A DNA stretch of 64,000 bases from assembly GCA_949373095.1 (NCBI GenBank), contig CASIBY010000003.1, forward strand, positions 164,084-228,083, read 5' to 3'. Each line of letters begins with the position of its first letter. Position 1 is the first letter of the stretch. Positions 29,435 to 38,965 of this stretch are shown piece after piece. A program made the translations under genes and the position numbers. A model generated the notes under the pieces. The model saw only the letters and a program-made list of their open reading frames with translations, ran no database searches and was not told the DNA's origin. The stretch comes from Candidatus Poseidoniaceae archaeon. GTDB taxonomy: Archaea > Thermoplasmatota > Poseidoniia > Poseidoniales > Poseidoniaceae.

Positions 29435-30067
29435 TCAATCGTCTGCTTGCTCTTCATCATGAGGGGTATATGTCCACACTTTTGTCGTAATGAGGGCTAG
29501 TGCTAAAATCTTCAAACCATCCCACAAAAGGAATGGTTTAGTTCCTACATTAAAGGCGAGTTCTAGTGACCAATCCAACGAGTGTGCAAGCCACAAGGTT
29601 CCAAAGACATAAACTGGAATCATAGCCAACGTCCAACAGATCAGTTGAGATTTCAAATCAGCATGTCCGGCCCTTCTAGAGCGGTCCAAACCTTCGGCGA
29701 CTAAAGCCGATGCAATGGGAAATGACAACAAGTAACCTCCTTTGTAAAACAGAGCGCCTTCGCTGAAAAGGTAATCTCCTCCACCCGCAAAGACAGGTAG
29801 GCCTATTGCACCAAGAACGACATACAGACTTCCTGCTGCGAAAGCATCGTTACGCCTTAGATAGACTCCTGTGGCCATGACTGCAAAAGTCTGCAGCGTG
29901 AATTCAACCGGAGAAATACGAGGGATGAGGATTGCAAATTGAGCGCAGAGGGCAATAAGGGCTGTGAAAAATCCGATTGCAATCACGCGTTCAAGCGCAG
30001 TCATGCGGTTTGAACTCAAGTCAAGGTGCCATTGTTGAGGTCTTTTCCATGCGATATGCTGAAACAT
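29435..30067 (-). CDS. bioY: Biotin transporter BioY
   Basis: PVEFTLQT, GAIGLPVFAGG, GGYLLSF, PFLLWD..K. Confidence 0.92.
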   Translation of the reverse strand: MFQHIAWKRPQQWHLDLSSNRMTALERVIAIGFFTALIALCAQFAILIPRISPVEFTLQTFAVMATGVYLRRNDAFAAGSLYVVLGAIGLPVFAGGGDYLFSEGALFYKGGYLLSFPIASALVAEGLDRSRRAGHADLKSQLICWTLAMIPVYVFGTLWLAHSLDWSLELAFNVGTKPFLLWDGLKILALALITTKVWTYTPHDEEQADD

Positions 30068-30387
30068 ATTTGTCCCACGGTCAGAGCCTCTTTAGTCATT
30101 CCATCGTTTTAGAAGCCTTCACACTCACTTGTCAGCCCGAGAGGTGTATTTCACAAAAAGAGAAACGCCTCACAGGCTACAGCATAAACAAATTTCAACC
30201 TCAGTGAGTCTTTCACAACGGTAGCGTTAGCATTGACCCACTGAAAGCCCGTCGTATTGCATAAGAAATGCAGTGGGGTTTAGGATACACCCTTTGCTTA
30301 CCCAAACTCGATAATATGATAGAATTACAATACATACCTCCATACATACGCAACCACGCTTAATTATCACTCGCTAATGGGGCAATC

Positions 30388-31203
30388 ATGAGCAATAAAG
30401 TGAACAAGACGATTTCTATTGATGCAAGACTGAATGGTATAGCCAAAGAAATGCCGAACTTTTCTGGTTTCGTTCAACATTGTATCGTGACTTATACAGA
30501 AGGAAATATCGAAATTGATTGGAAGCAAATCAACACTCAATCAAAGAACGGCAATGACGATGGTGAAAGCAAAAAAAAGAAAACAATTTCTATTGACGAA
30601 AAACTCAATGAAGTCACCAAAGAGATGCCTAATTTTTCAGGTTTCGTTCAACATTGTATCGTCGATTATACAGAAGGAAATATCGAAATTGATTGGGAGG
30701 AAATCAACACTCAATCAAATGAAGAAAAGAAAAGGACGCAATTTGGCGTTAATGAATTCGGATATGCAAATAAAATGGTGTACAATGGAGTTGGAGGTTC
30801 TCGAGAAGAGAGAGGACGTTTTGCAGGATTTATACCACGAACCTGTGCTCTTTTAATCGACTTGTTGCTGATTAGTGTCCCAAGTATACTCTTGAGTCTC
30901 GCAGGGATTTCTTCCGATGTATTGTTCGTAATTGTTGGTTTGGTTTACCCTGTTCTCTTCAATGCCTCATCATGGCAAGCAACACCAGGAAAACGCCTCT
31001 TCGGGTTGGTTGTTACAGACTATGACGGAAACAGAATCTCAAAGAAGAAAGCACTCAAACGACATGCTTTGATTTTTCTGATAATAATTACGTTTGGATT
31101 CGGATATTTAGCACAACTTTGGACAGATCACAAGCAAACAAACCAAGATCTCATCGCTCGAACCTTAGTTGTGAAGAAAGGCATGGACAACTGGGCTCAA
31201 TGA
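30388..31203 (+). CDS. RDD-family membrane protein with duplicated N-terminal RHH-like domain
   Basis: FAGFIPRTCALLID, QATPGKRLFGLVV, QDLIARTLVV; two ~46-aa N-terminal repeats. Confidence 0.85.
   Translation: MSNKVNKTISIDARLNGIAKEMPNFSGFVQHCIVTYTEGNIEIDWKQINTQSKNGNDDGESKKKKTISIDEKLNEVTKEMPNFSGFVQHCIVDYTEGNIEIDWEEINTQSNEEKKRTQFGVNEFGYANKMVYNGVGGSREERGRFAGFIPRTCALLIDLLLISVPSILLSLAGISSDVLFVIVGLVYPVLFNASSWQATPGKRLFGLVVTDYDGNRISKKKALKRHALIFLIIITFGFGYLAQLWTDHKQTNQDLIARTLVVKKGMDNWAQ
30406..30719 (+). repeat. Intragenic direct repeat, 2 x ~140 bp at 174-bp period
   Basis: 30406-30545 vs 30580-30719 share ggtttcgttcaacattgtatcgt, tatacagaaggaaatatcgaaattgattgg and aaatcaacactcaatcaaa. Confidence 0.95.
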
Positions 31204-31314
31204 TTTTTCAAATGGAACCGATGCAAAGGGGACCCCACTGATTAGATGGGTGAGGCAGAGGGTACCGCTTGCCAACGCTTTGAACATTCAAAAAGAGCAT
31301 CAGAGATGCAGTAA

Positions 31315-32193
31315 TTACTCAGTTTCTTCGATAGAGGGTCGTTCTTTTTGAGTGAATAAAACTCCTGAATGAAGGACTGCTGAACCTAGGCAGCCAGCGA
31401 GTATGAACAGAATTGCCCCCGAAATCCCTGGGCTGGCGATTGCAACGCGCAAAATGACCGTAGAGAGGATGAACCCAGTGTTGCGGGCCAAGTGCGAGAA
31501 CTCGGTGATGTGATGATAAGAGACCAGCAAAATCAGGATGTCGGCCATGATCAACACAGTGAAAAAGTCGAGGAAGAAAATTGTGCGGTTCGTGGTTCCG
31601 TCTCCCTCAAATACGTTGTAGGTCCATGTTGAAAGAGAGTACATGGCCGTTAGGATGTACAACACAAGCAGTAAGATTGCAAGCTGCTTTTTCTGCGAAA
31701 TAAACCTCTCCAACCCTTCACTATCGTTGGTCATTGAACTCGGTTCACGCTTGGCCCTGCTGAAGAACAAGGCAGTGTAAAAGAGAATCAAAAAGGCCAA
31801 GCATTCCACTGCTAGGGTCATGATACTTTCATCGACGGTTGAACTGACTGAAGCGTCAATATCGGACAACCTCTTCAGAATATCTCTGACAACCAGCAAC
31901 GTAATGATTTCAAATTGCTTTCCGATAGAATTGGTGAACGAGTCTGGAATGGTACGTATCAGTTCGTAGACTTCGTAAGCCAAGAAAATGGAGAAGGGGG
32001 TGTACAACGCATCAAGGTAGGAATCAAACAATTTACTGGTTTGTGAACTGAAATCAATCAGAGAAAGCTGGTAAAGCAAGCACAACAACAAGTGAAGCAA
32101 GAAACCAGCAATTGCGGTTCGAACGCAAAGTGTCCGGAGCGCTTCGTTTGCTCTATGACCAAGAATACGGTCGAACAGTGTAGCGACTTGCAT
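31315..32193 (-). CDS. Multi-pass membrane protein of unknown function
   Basis: 292 aa, ~7-8 TM; ALYTPFS..YEVY, KQFEII, RNTGFILST. Confidence 0.75.
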   Translation of the reverse strand: MQVATLFDRILGHRANEALRTLCVRTAIAGFLLHLLLCLLYQLSLIDFSSQTSKLFDSYLDALYTPFSIFLAYEVYELIRTIPDSFTNSIGKQFEIITLLVVRDILKRLSDIDASVSSTVDESIMTLAVECLAFLILFYTALFFSRAKREPSSMTNDSEGLERFISQKKQLAILLLVLYILTAMYSLSTWTYNVFEGDGTTNRTIFFLDFFTVLIMADILILLVSYHHITEFSHLARNTGFILSTVILRVAIASPGISGAILFILAGCLGSAVLHSGVLFTQKERPSIEETE

Positions 32194-32540
32194 AGCCCAA
32201 ATTTGAATGGTTCATTGAAATAGGTGCGTTCTCGTCCGTAAGCATCTTAATTCTTATTAATATGAAATGAAATTACCAACAGCAACACCTTGAGAGGGTG
32301 ACTTCCTTTCATCAAAAGATCCAACCTCCAAACTTTAAAGTTGTTACAACTAAAGAGCTCAGAGACAACCCGTTTGAGCACAAATTGCTCAGGTATTGAC
32401 AGGATGGACTATCGCATCATTACCATCGCCAATTATTTCGATGTATTCTCCTAGGAACTTCCTTGCATGGAGAGCTTATGCGTTCAACCTTGGGATAAAT
32501 AAGAAAAATAAATCTCCCAGCGCAAACAAGTCCTAGAATA

Positions 32541-33446
32541 TTATTTTCTGCCTAATCGAGGAATAAGAGCAGGAGTGTTATCTCTATATTTTTGATATTC
32601 TATATCATCTCCCCACTTTTCTAAAGCTCGTTTATCCAGTATTGGAATTCCACTGATTTTCGTTAAGAGGATATAGATGAATATGGGCGAAATCCAAGCA
32701 ACTCTTTCTAGACCTGTAAAGCAAGATATTCCAAAGAAGGCGATTCCAGTCCACAGAAGAATTTCTCCCAAATAGTTGGGATGTCTAGAGTAAGACCACA
32801 AACCACTTTCTATCCATTTACCCTGATTATTAGATTCTGAATTGAATACTGTTTTTTGGTAATCTGCTACGGCCTCAATACCAAATCCTAGTATCCATAT
32901 CAACAATCCTACACCATCCCATATCTCTAAATCGGGCGCTGAATCCGCTTGAGTATTGATTACAATAACTGCTATCATTGTCAGAAAAACCCACAATCCT
33001 TGAAGAGTCCATGGTACAAGAAATCGGATAGGCGATGTTTTGAGTTGGTCAAATCGTCCATCTTTTCCAGTTCGATGAATACGAAGATAAAGAAAACCGG
33101 ACAGGCGCAACGACCAGATGACAACGAGTAAACTTACGATTAATTCTCTCAGACTTGGAAGTTCGGACTGTGATCCTGCCCAAAGGCTGAATGCTACTAC
33201 TGTGAGATACGTTAAGCCACCCGTTAAATCATAGAAGCGTTCAGTTTTTCCGATAGATGCAGGAATCCATACTATCCATTGTATGCCGATACAAATCACT
33301 GCACAATATAGTACAGCAGAGTACCCATTCAAAATGACTGAGTTATTTCCAACAGCACCAACCATCAAAACGACAATGATGAACACGGTAGTTACAACGA
33401 TTGTTGTTAATCGCAAATCTTGACGACCAGAATCCATTGCTAACAC
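32541..33446 (-). CDS. DUF1295 (steroid 5-alpha-reductase-like) membrane protein
   Basis: YDLTG, WSLRL, DGRF, ADYQK, GLWSYSRHPNYLGE; AT-rich. Confidence 0.92.
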   Translation of the reverse strand: MLAMDSGRQDLRLTTIVVTTVFIIVVLMVGAVGNNSVILNGYSAVLYCAVICIGIQWIVWIPASIGKTERFYDLTGGLTYLTVVAFSLWAGSQSELPSLRELIVSLLVVIWSLRLSGFLYLRIHRTGKDGRFDQLKTSPIRFLVPWTLQGLWVFLTMIAVIVINTQADSAPDLEIWDGVGLLIWILGFGIEAVADYQKTVFNSESNNQGKWIESGLWSYSRHPNYLGEILLWTGIAFFGISCFTGLERVAWISPIFIYILLTKISGIPILDKRALEKWGDDIEYQKYRDNTPALIPRLGRK

Positions 33447-33667
33447 TCATTCTAGCCATCATATTGTTAATAATTCTGCTTCTCAATTTAAGCAATGGGC
33501 CTTGCCATACGCTATGTACTGATAAAACGTTTAACTAGCAATAAGAAATAGGAGTAGCCCGATAAATATCCCGAAATATTCTAAATCGAGCAGATAACTC
33601 ACTTTGAATTCAAACAGAATACAACGATGCCTACAATTTTCTCTTAGAAACGATGGCAGACTGTCGC

Positions 33668-35060
33668 TCAGGAAGAGCCAGTCATGTCTTCTGGGCGAAC
33701 CCACTGGTCAAATTCATCGTTGGTCAAAAATCCAAGTTCTAATGCCGACTCACGAAGAGTTGTACCCTTTTCGTGAGCGTTCTTTGCAATTTTTGCCGAT
33801 TTATCGTATCCAATATGGTTGTTAAGAGCCGTAACCAGCATGAGTGAGTTTTCAAGATTGGATTGAATGTTGGCTCGAACCGGCTCCAGTCCTTCCACGC
33901 AGCGAGTTCGGAAGGTACGGCAAGCATCGGTCAGTAGGTCAACTGAATGCAAGAAATTGTGAATCATCATCGGTTTGAAGACGTTCAACTCAAAGTTTCC
34001 TTGACTTCCCCCAATGGTTATTGCGGTATGGTTGCCCATTACTTGACAGCAAACCATCGTCAAAGCTTCTGATTGAGTTGGATTGACTTTACCCGGCATG
34101 ATGGATGAACCTGGCTCGTTTGCTGGGAGTGCAAGTTCACCAAGACCACATCGAGGGCCAGACCCGAGCCACCGAACATCGTTGGCGATTTTCATTAACG
34201 ATACTGCTAGAGTATTCAATGCCCCAGATGCAGCAACTATGGCGTCATGAGCAGCAAGTTGTGCAAATTTGTTCTCTGCTGAACAAAAGGTCAAGCCGGT
34301 GATGTTGGCGATTTCATCAGCAACCATTTGTGCAAAGAGCGGGTGAGCGTTGAGTCCAGTTCCAACAGCGGTCCCTCCAAGCGCCAATTCAAAGAGGTCA
34401 TCCAATGCAAAATCCAATCGTCGCAAATCGGCATCTAACTGAGCGACCCATCCTGACGCCTCTTGGCCTAGGGTGAGGGGTACGGCGTCCATCAGAGTGT
34501 GTTCTGCCGATCTTGACAATATCCGCCCAAGCCTTGGCTTTAGCGTCCAATGCATCGCGTAGGGCGCGGACGCTCGGTAACAAGCGATGAGTGAAGCCCT
34601 CAGCACCTGCAATGTGCATTGCGGTGGGGAATGTATCGTTCGAAGATTGACCGCGATTGACGTGATCGTTTGGATGGACAGGATGCTTTGAACCCATTTC
34701 GCCTCCAGCGATTTCAATGGCGCGGTTCGCAATGACCTCATTGGAATTCATGTTCGATTGTGTGCCGCTTCCGGTCTGCCAGACGCGCAGTGGGAAGTGG
34801 TCGTTGAGATGCCCATCAATGACTTCTTGAGCAGCTGCAATGACGAGGTCGCCAACTTGAGGGTCAAGTTGCTCGAGGGCAACATTTGTTTTTGCTGCTG
34901 CCTGCTTGAGAATACCAAACGCACGAACAACGCCAACAGGCATGGTGTCGTCTCCGATATCAAAGTTCAACAGTGAACGAGCCGTCTGACATCCGTAGTA
35001 TCGGTCAACAGGCACTTCGAGTTCGCCCATCGTGTCCTTCTCAATTCGCATCTCGCCCAT
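33668..35060 (-). CDS. fumC: Class II fumarate hydratase, split by a +1 frameshift near 34497
   Basis: N-part ([31 protein letters not shown]) and C-part ([23 protein letters not shown]) in different frames; removing one base restores GRTHLMDA. Confidence 0.95.
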
Positions 35061-35103
35061 ACCATAATGCTGGAACGGCCATCCTAAGAAGATAAGTGAC
35101 GCA

Positions 35104-36270
35104 TTAAATCGTTTTCAAGAGCCGAAGCGTTGCACTTTCTCCTTGAGATAGACCCTGCATTTTCCGTTCCAACTCAACATTCTCCCATGCGGTTCCAAGA
35201 GCACCTTTCATCCACGCCTCCATGAACCATGGATGGATATACGACGAGCGACATACCGCACGAGTGTTGCCTAAATCACTCGCCACGGTGTCAATAACCG
35301 CAAGCATCACTTTGCTACGTTGCGCTTCTGATTCAGGAACTTCCCATTCACCCTCGCTCCAGATATTGCCGATTGATTCAACATCAGGCATAGCCTTCAG
35401 CCATTTCTTCATGGCTTGTGGAGTTTGCACCTTTGATAGGAATGCGAGTCGTTCAGCACAACGGGAGGTTGCAGCCCAAGTACGGAAATTTTTTGCTGTA
35501 AATCCTTCACCACTACTTTCCCGAATGTATTGGTTGATGTGTTCTGCTTTGAGGTCCACCTCATTTCCGGCTTCTGAAATGTACATGAATAAATCAGCGT
35601 CCTTTGCTCCGAGACGATTTGTACGCAAAATGAGGTCAACCAAATAATCATCTTCAATTTTGATTTCCCAGTCCTTGTTGGATTTCCCAGTGAACGTGAA
35701 AATAACATCGTGTTTACCCTCCGCCTCATCTCCTCGGATGTGCTTAACGTGCATTGATTTCAGCGTTGTGAGTCCATAGGATTCATTCAAGCGAGCATAT
35801 TCATCACTACCGACGCGAATATTGTGGAGGTCCATGAGTCGAACCACGAGCGCAGAAACGGTCTCAAGCGACATCGTTTTTCCTCCTAAATCCCGTTCAA
35901 TTTGCCTTCGAAGGCGGGGTAATTGGGATGCGAAATAGACGACATCGTCGTACTTCATTTCAGCGGTTATTTCGACCCAATCCGGATGGTAGCGGTACTG
36001 AAGTCGACCCTTTGTATCCTTCCCAGTGGCTTGAATGTGACCTCTCGGGTTTGGGCAAATCCAAACATCAACCCAGCCAGGCGGGAGAGCCATAGAATTC
36101 CAACGCACTACGATGTCTTCTTCTGTTATTGGGTCGCCATTGGACGAGAAATAATTCCACTCGTATTCTCCCTCCGCCTCAGAGCCATTTTGACGGGTTA
36201 CACCTCGCAACGAGGGGTCGCTCCTTACCAATGTAGCACGGCGAAGTGCTTCACTTGCGTCAACCGCCAT
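35104..36270 (-). CDS. DNA topoisomerase IB, short bacterial/poxvirus type
   Basis: [64 protein letters not shown]. Confidence 0.93.
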   Translation of the reverse strand: MAVDASEALRRATLVRSDPSLRGVTRQNGSEAEGEYEWNYFSSNGDPITEEDIVVRWNSMALPPGWVDVWICPNPRGHIQATGKDTKGRLQYRYHPDWVEITAEMKYDDVVYFASQLPRLRRQIERDLGGKTMSLETVSALVVRLMDLHNIRVGSDEYARLNESYGLTTLKSMHVKHIRGDEAEGKHDVIFTFTGKSNKDWEIKIEDDYLVDLILRTNRLGAKDADLFMYISEAGNEVDLKAEHINQYIRESSGEGFTAKNFRTWAATSRCAERLAFLSKVQTPQAMKKWLKAMPDVESIGNIWSEGEWEVPESEAQRSKVMLAVIDTVASDLGNTRAVCRSSYIHPWFMEAWMKGALGTAWENVELERKMQGLSQGESATLRLLKTI

Positions 36271-36348
36271 AGGTCGGCCTTTCCTTATGAGTCAAGAACC
36301 TACGGGCTGTATTCAATCAGCGGCGTGTTCTTTTGGAGAGCAGGTTAT

Positions 36349-36831
36349 TCATTCAATGACAGAGCAGCGGATGATTTGCTGAGGTTGTGCTGGGCGGTCA
36401 CCGGGTAGCTTGACGCATCCCTCGATTACTTTGACAATGTCCATGCCTTCAGAAACTTCACCAAATACAGCGTGATTTCCATTTAGCCAAGGTGTAGCGA
36501 CGGTGGTTAAGAAAAACTGGGACCCTCCGGTGTTACGGCCAGCATTTGCCATTGAGAGCACTCCTGGTTTGTCATGCTTGAGGGCGAGGGCGGAGGGTTC
36601 GCAAGGAATTTTCCAGCCAGGGCCGCCGGTTCCAGCACTTCGGGCGTTTGGATCTTTGGAATGTGGACAGCCACCTTGAATCATGAAGTCTTCAATGACG
36701 CGGTGAAAGTGGAGGCCATCGTAATGCCCCATGTTAACGAGTTTGACAAAATTAGCAACTGTATCGGGTGCGCTGCCGTGAAATAGGTCAATCGTAATGT
36801 TTCCTGCACTGGTTTCCATGAGAACTTGCAT
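36349..36831 (-). CDS. Cyclophilin-type peptidyl-prolyl isomerase
   Basis: FHRVIEDFMIQGG, LSMANAG, GSQFF, WLNGNHAVFG. Confidence 0.96.
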   Translation of the reverse strand: MQVLMETSAGNITIDLFHGSAPDTVANFVKLVNMGHYDGLHFHRVIEDFMIQGGCPHSKDPNARSAGTGGPGWKIPCEPSALALKHDKPGVLSMANAGRNTGGSQFFLTTVATPWLNGNHAVFGEVSEGMDIVKVIEGCVKLPGDRPAQPQQIIRCSVIE

Positions 36832-36919
36832 GGCTGGACCACAAGGCGGCGATTCAAGAGGCTTTGGATGGACTAGGAATGAACCACATCTTCATAATGC
36901 CCTCGCTGGAGGGTAAATT

Positions 36920-37372
36920 ATGCCCGAAGCACTTGATATCAACATTACCACAATGGAAGGAACACATACAACTCTACGAGAACTTGGCGGAACCCGCTGG
37001 CTTGTTGTCAACGTTGCGAGTGCATGCGGAGCAACTCCACAATACAAAGGACTCCAAGACATCCACGCAGGAAATGATGACATAACCGTAGTCGGTTTTC
37101 CCTGCAATCAGTTCGGGGCACAAGAGCCCGGAACCAACGCTGAAATTTGTGAATTTACGGCTGAAAAGTACGACGTATCCTTCCCACTCATGGCGAAGGT
37201 CAATGTCAAAGGAGAAGGTAAAACAGGCCTCTATTCCATTCTGAGTGAAGTCGCTGACGCAGATGGGTATTCAGGTGATATTCGCTGGAATTTTGAGAAG
37301 TTCCTCATCGAAGCAGATGGAACCATCCAACGTTTTTCCACCCGCATCACGCCTGAGAGCATCTCACTTTGA
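36920..37372 (+). CDS. Glutathione peroxidase (Cys type)
   Basis: VNVASACG, GFPCNQFGAQEPG, WNFEKFLI. Confidence 0.96.
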   Translation: MPEALDINITTMEGTHTTLRELGGTRWLVVNVASACGATPQYKGLQDIHAGNDDITVVGFPCNQFGAQEPGTNAEICEFTAEKYDVSFPLMAKVNVKGEGKTGLYSILSEVADADGYSGDIRWNFEKFLIEADGTIQRFSTRITPESISL

Positions 37373-37411
37373 AGCAGTAAGAACCATGCCCTTACTGCTG
37401 AAGCAGTAACC

Positions 37412-38956
37412 ATGAGCCAAGCATGGGTTGTTGATTCAAACTGTTTTATCCACTTGGGGCAAAAAGGAAAAGAGAAGGTCGTTGAAGACCTTAAGTCTGC
37501 CCTAAACGGTGCGAAATTACTCATTACGCCGGGCGTAAAAGACGAGGTCGCCACGGTTAGCATGCGTAAAATATCCGGGCGTCCAAACCTTCTGGTGTTG
37601 TTTGACACTTTGTTACATTCCACTCCTGTTGAGGAAGAAGATGTCCGCAAACTGGCAACCAAGATTGGTGAACGAGCGGCTCCCCAAGACGTAGATCTAT
37701 CGCTGATGGTTCTTGCAGACCAGTTGGGTAGCGACGGAGCAGAAGTGATTCTCGTTTCGGATGATTTCAAAATGACGACCACCGCTGAAACTGCAGATCT
37801 CGCCTTCACTACATGCCCCCCATCGACATTCATTGAACGACTCATCGAAGGGGGTGTTGAGGAGGGGAGAGATGAACGATTACGCAGCTTATCTCGACAG
37901 GTAAGGGCGTCCGAAATGAAGTATGCTATTAGCCGACGAGACGAATACGACGTGCAGAAAAAACTGACGTGGATGGTAGATTCACTGCTCGCATCTGCCC
38001 ACACTATGGCGGAAGAACATGAATCGGATGAGGTTGAGGTTGATGAAAGCCGATTGATTGCTGACTTGACTCGTACCATTCGCGGTTACGACATCAAGTC
38101 TAAGCGACTTGAAGCCCTTGGAAACCTCCCAGCAATCTGCCAACCCGTTCAACGTTTGGACCAACATCTTTCTTCACTGCGTACATCTGCTGAAGATAAC
38201 ATACCTGCGACTCTAAGAGCGACCAAGACCCTTCTTACCGATGTCATGGAACAGGTCGGTTTGGGTCTCGCTCCCCTCGATGAGGCCAAAGCAGAAATCG
38301 CACACAGAGCGATGGCCGGGAGTTTACTTCGTACAGAATCCGCCCTAGGCGTTTTGGAAGGGATGGAAGGAGAAATGGAACAGGCCCGTAACCATCTTGT
38401 TCGTGCACTCCATCTTGCAACTCTTGTCGACGACGTGGACTCAGAGCGCAAAGCAATGCGTAGATTAGGAGTTTTAGCCCTCTACGCCGGTAACCTTCAG
38501 CGTTCGTTTGACCTGCTTGCAGCAGCGACCAACCAACCCACATCAAATCCCGCTGACACCCTACCTTCACTTGTTCTTTCAGCCATCGTTGCTATGCTGC
38601 TTGAACAAGGGGCTGATGCCCAAGAGCGCGTTGAACATGCAGCATCTATCCTTTCCGAATCTCCACTTGAAGGAGCGGACGCATTAGATAGGTTGGGCAG
38701 TATTTTACTCGCGATCGACCGTCCAGATTTAGCCGTCGAATTGTTTGATGAAGCAATGGAACTCGCACTTATTGGAAACGACGAAATGAGACTTGAATCC
38801 ATAGCCCATCGTTTACTTCAGGCCGAAACAGCGCTAGGAGTGAGTGAACATGACGATGCATCTTCGCTACGGATGCTACTTGACGGACTCACCTCAGGTA
38901 ACCAAGGCGAAAGCAAGACCAAAGCAATGAGTCAAGTCTCAACAAGCGATGCTTAA
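37412..38956 (+). CDS. PIN-domain protein with C-terminal TPR-like helical repeats
   Basis: VVDSNCFI, VKDEV, DVDLSLMVLA, LVSDDF acidic PIN residues; TPR-like A/L-rich helices. Confidence 0.72.
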   Translation: MSQAWVVDSNCFIHLGQKGKEKVVEDLKSALNGAKLLITPGVKDEVATVSMRKISGRPNLLVLFDTLLHSTPVEEEDVRKLATKIGERAAPQDVDLSLMVLADQLGSDGAEVILVSDDFKMTTTAETADLAFTTCPPSTFIERLIEGGVEEGRDERLRSLSRQVRASEMKYAISRRDEYDVQKKLTWMVDSLLASAHTMAEEHESDEVEVDESRLIADLTRTIRGYDIKSKRLEALGNLPAICQPVQRLDQHLSSLRTSAEDNIPATLRATKTLLTDVMEQVGLGLAPLDEAKAEIAHRAMAGSLLRTESALGVLEGMEGEMEQARNHLVRALHLATLVDDVDSERKAMRRLGVLALYAGNLQRSFDLLAAATNQPTSNPADTLPSLVLSAIVAMLLEQGADAQERVEHAASILSESPLEGADALDRLGSILLAIDRPDLAVELFDEAMELALIGNDEMRLESIAHRLLQAETALGVSEHDDASSLRMLLDGLTSGNQGESKTKAMSQVSTSDA

Positions 38957-38965
38957 CGAGGTGTT

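Noticed and set aside
33668-34741. 357-aa ORF as a separate gene (likewise 38966..39865)
   Set aside because: These are the C-terminal halves of frameshifted fumC and pckA; their N-terminal extensions are off-frame sequence
36920-37372. Selenocysteine in glutathione peroxidase
   Set aside because: The active-site codon is TGC (Cys); no in-frame TGA
37231-38079. Long antisense or alternate-frame ORFs (also 12296..12979, 43625..44224, 55442..56059, 57098..57631, 62903..63448)
   Set aside because: Shadows of well-supported genes; Ser/Arg-rich or motif-free translations
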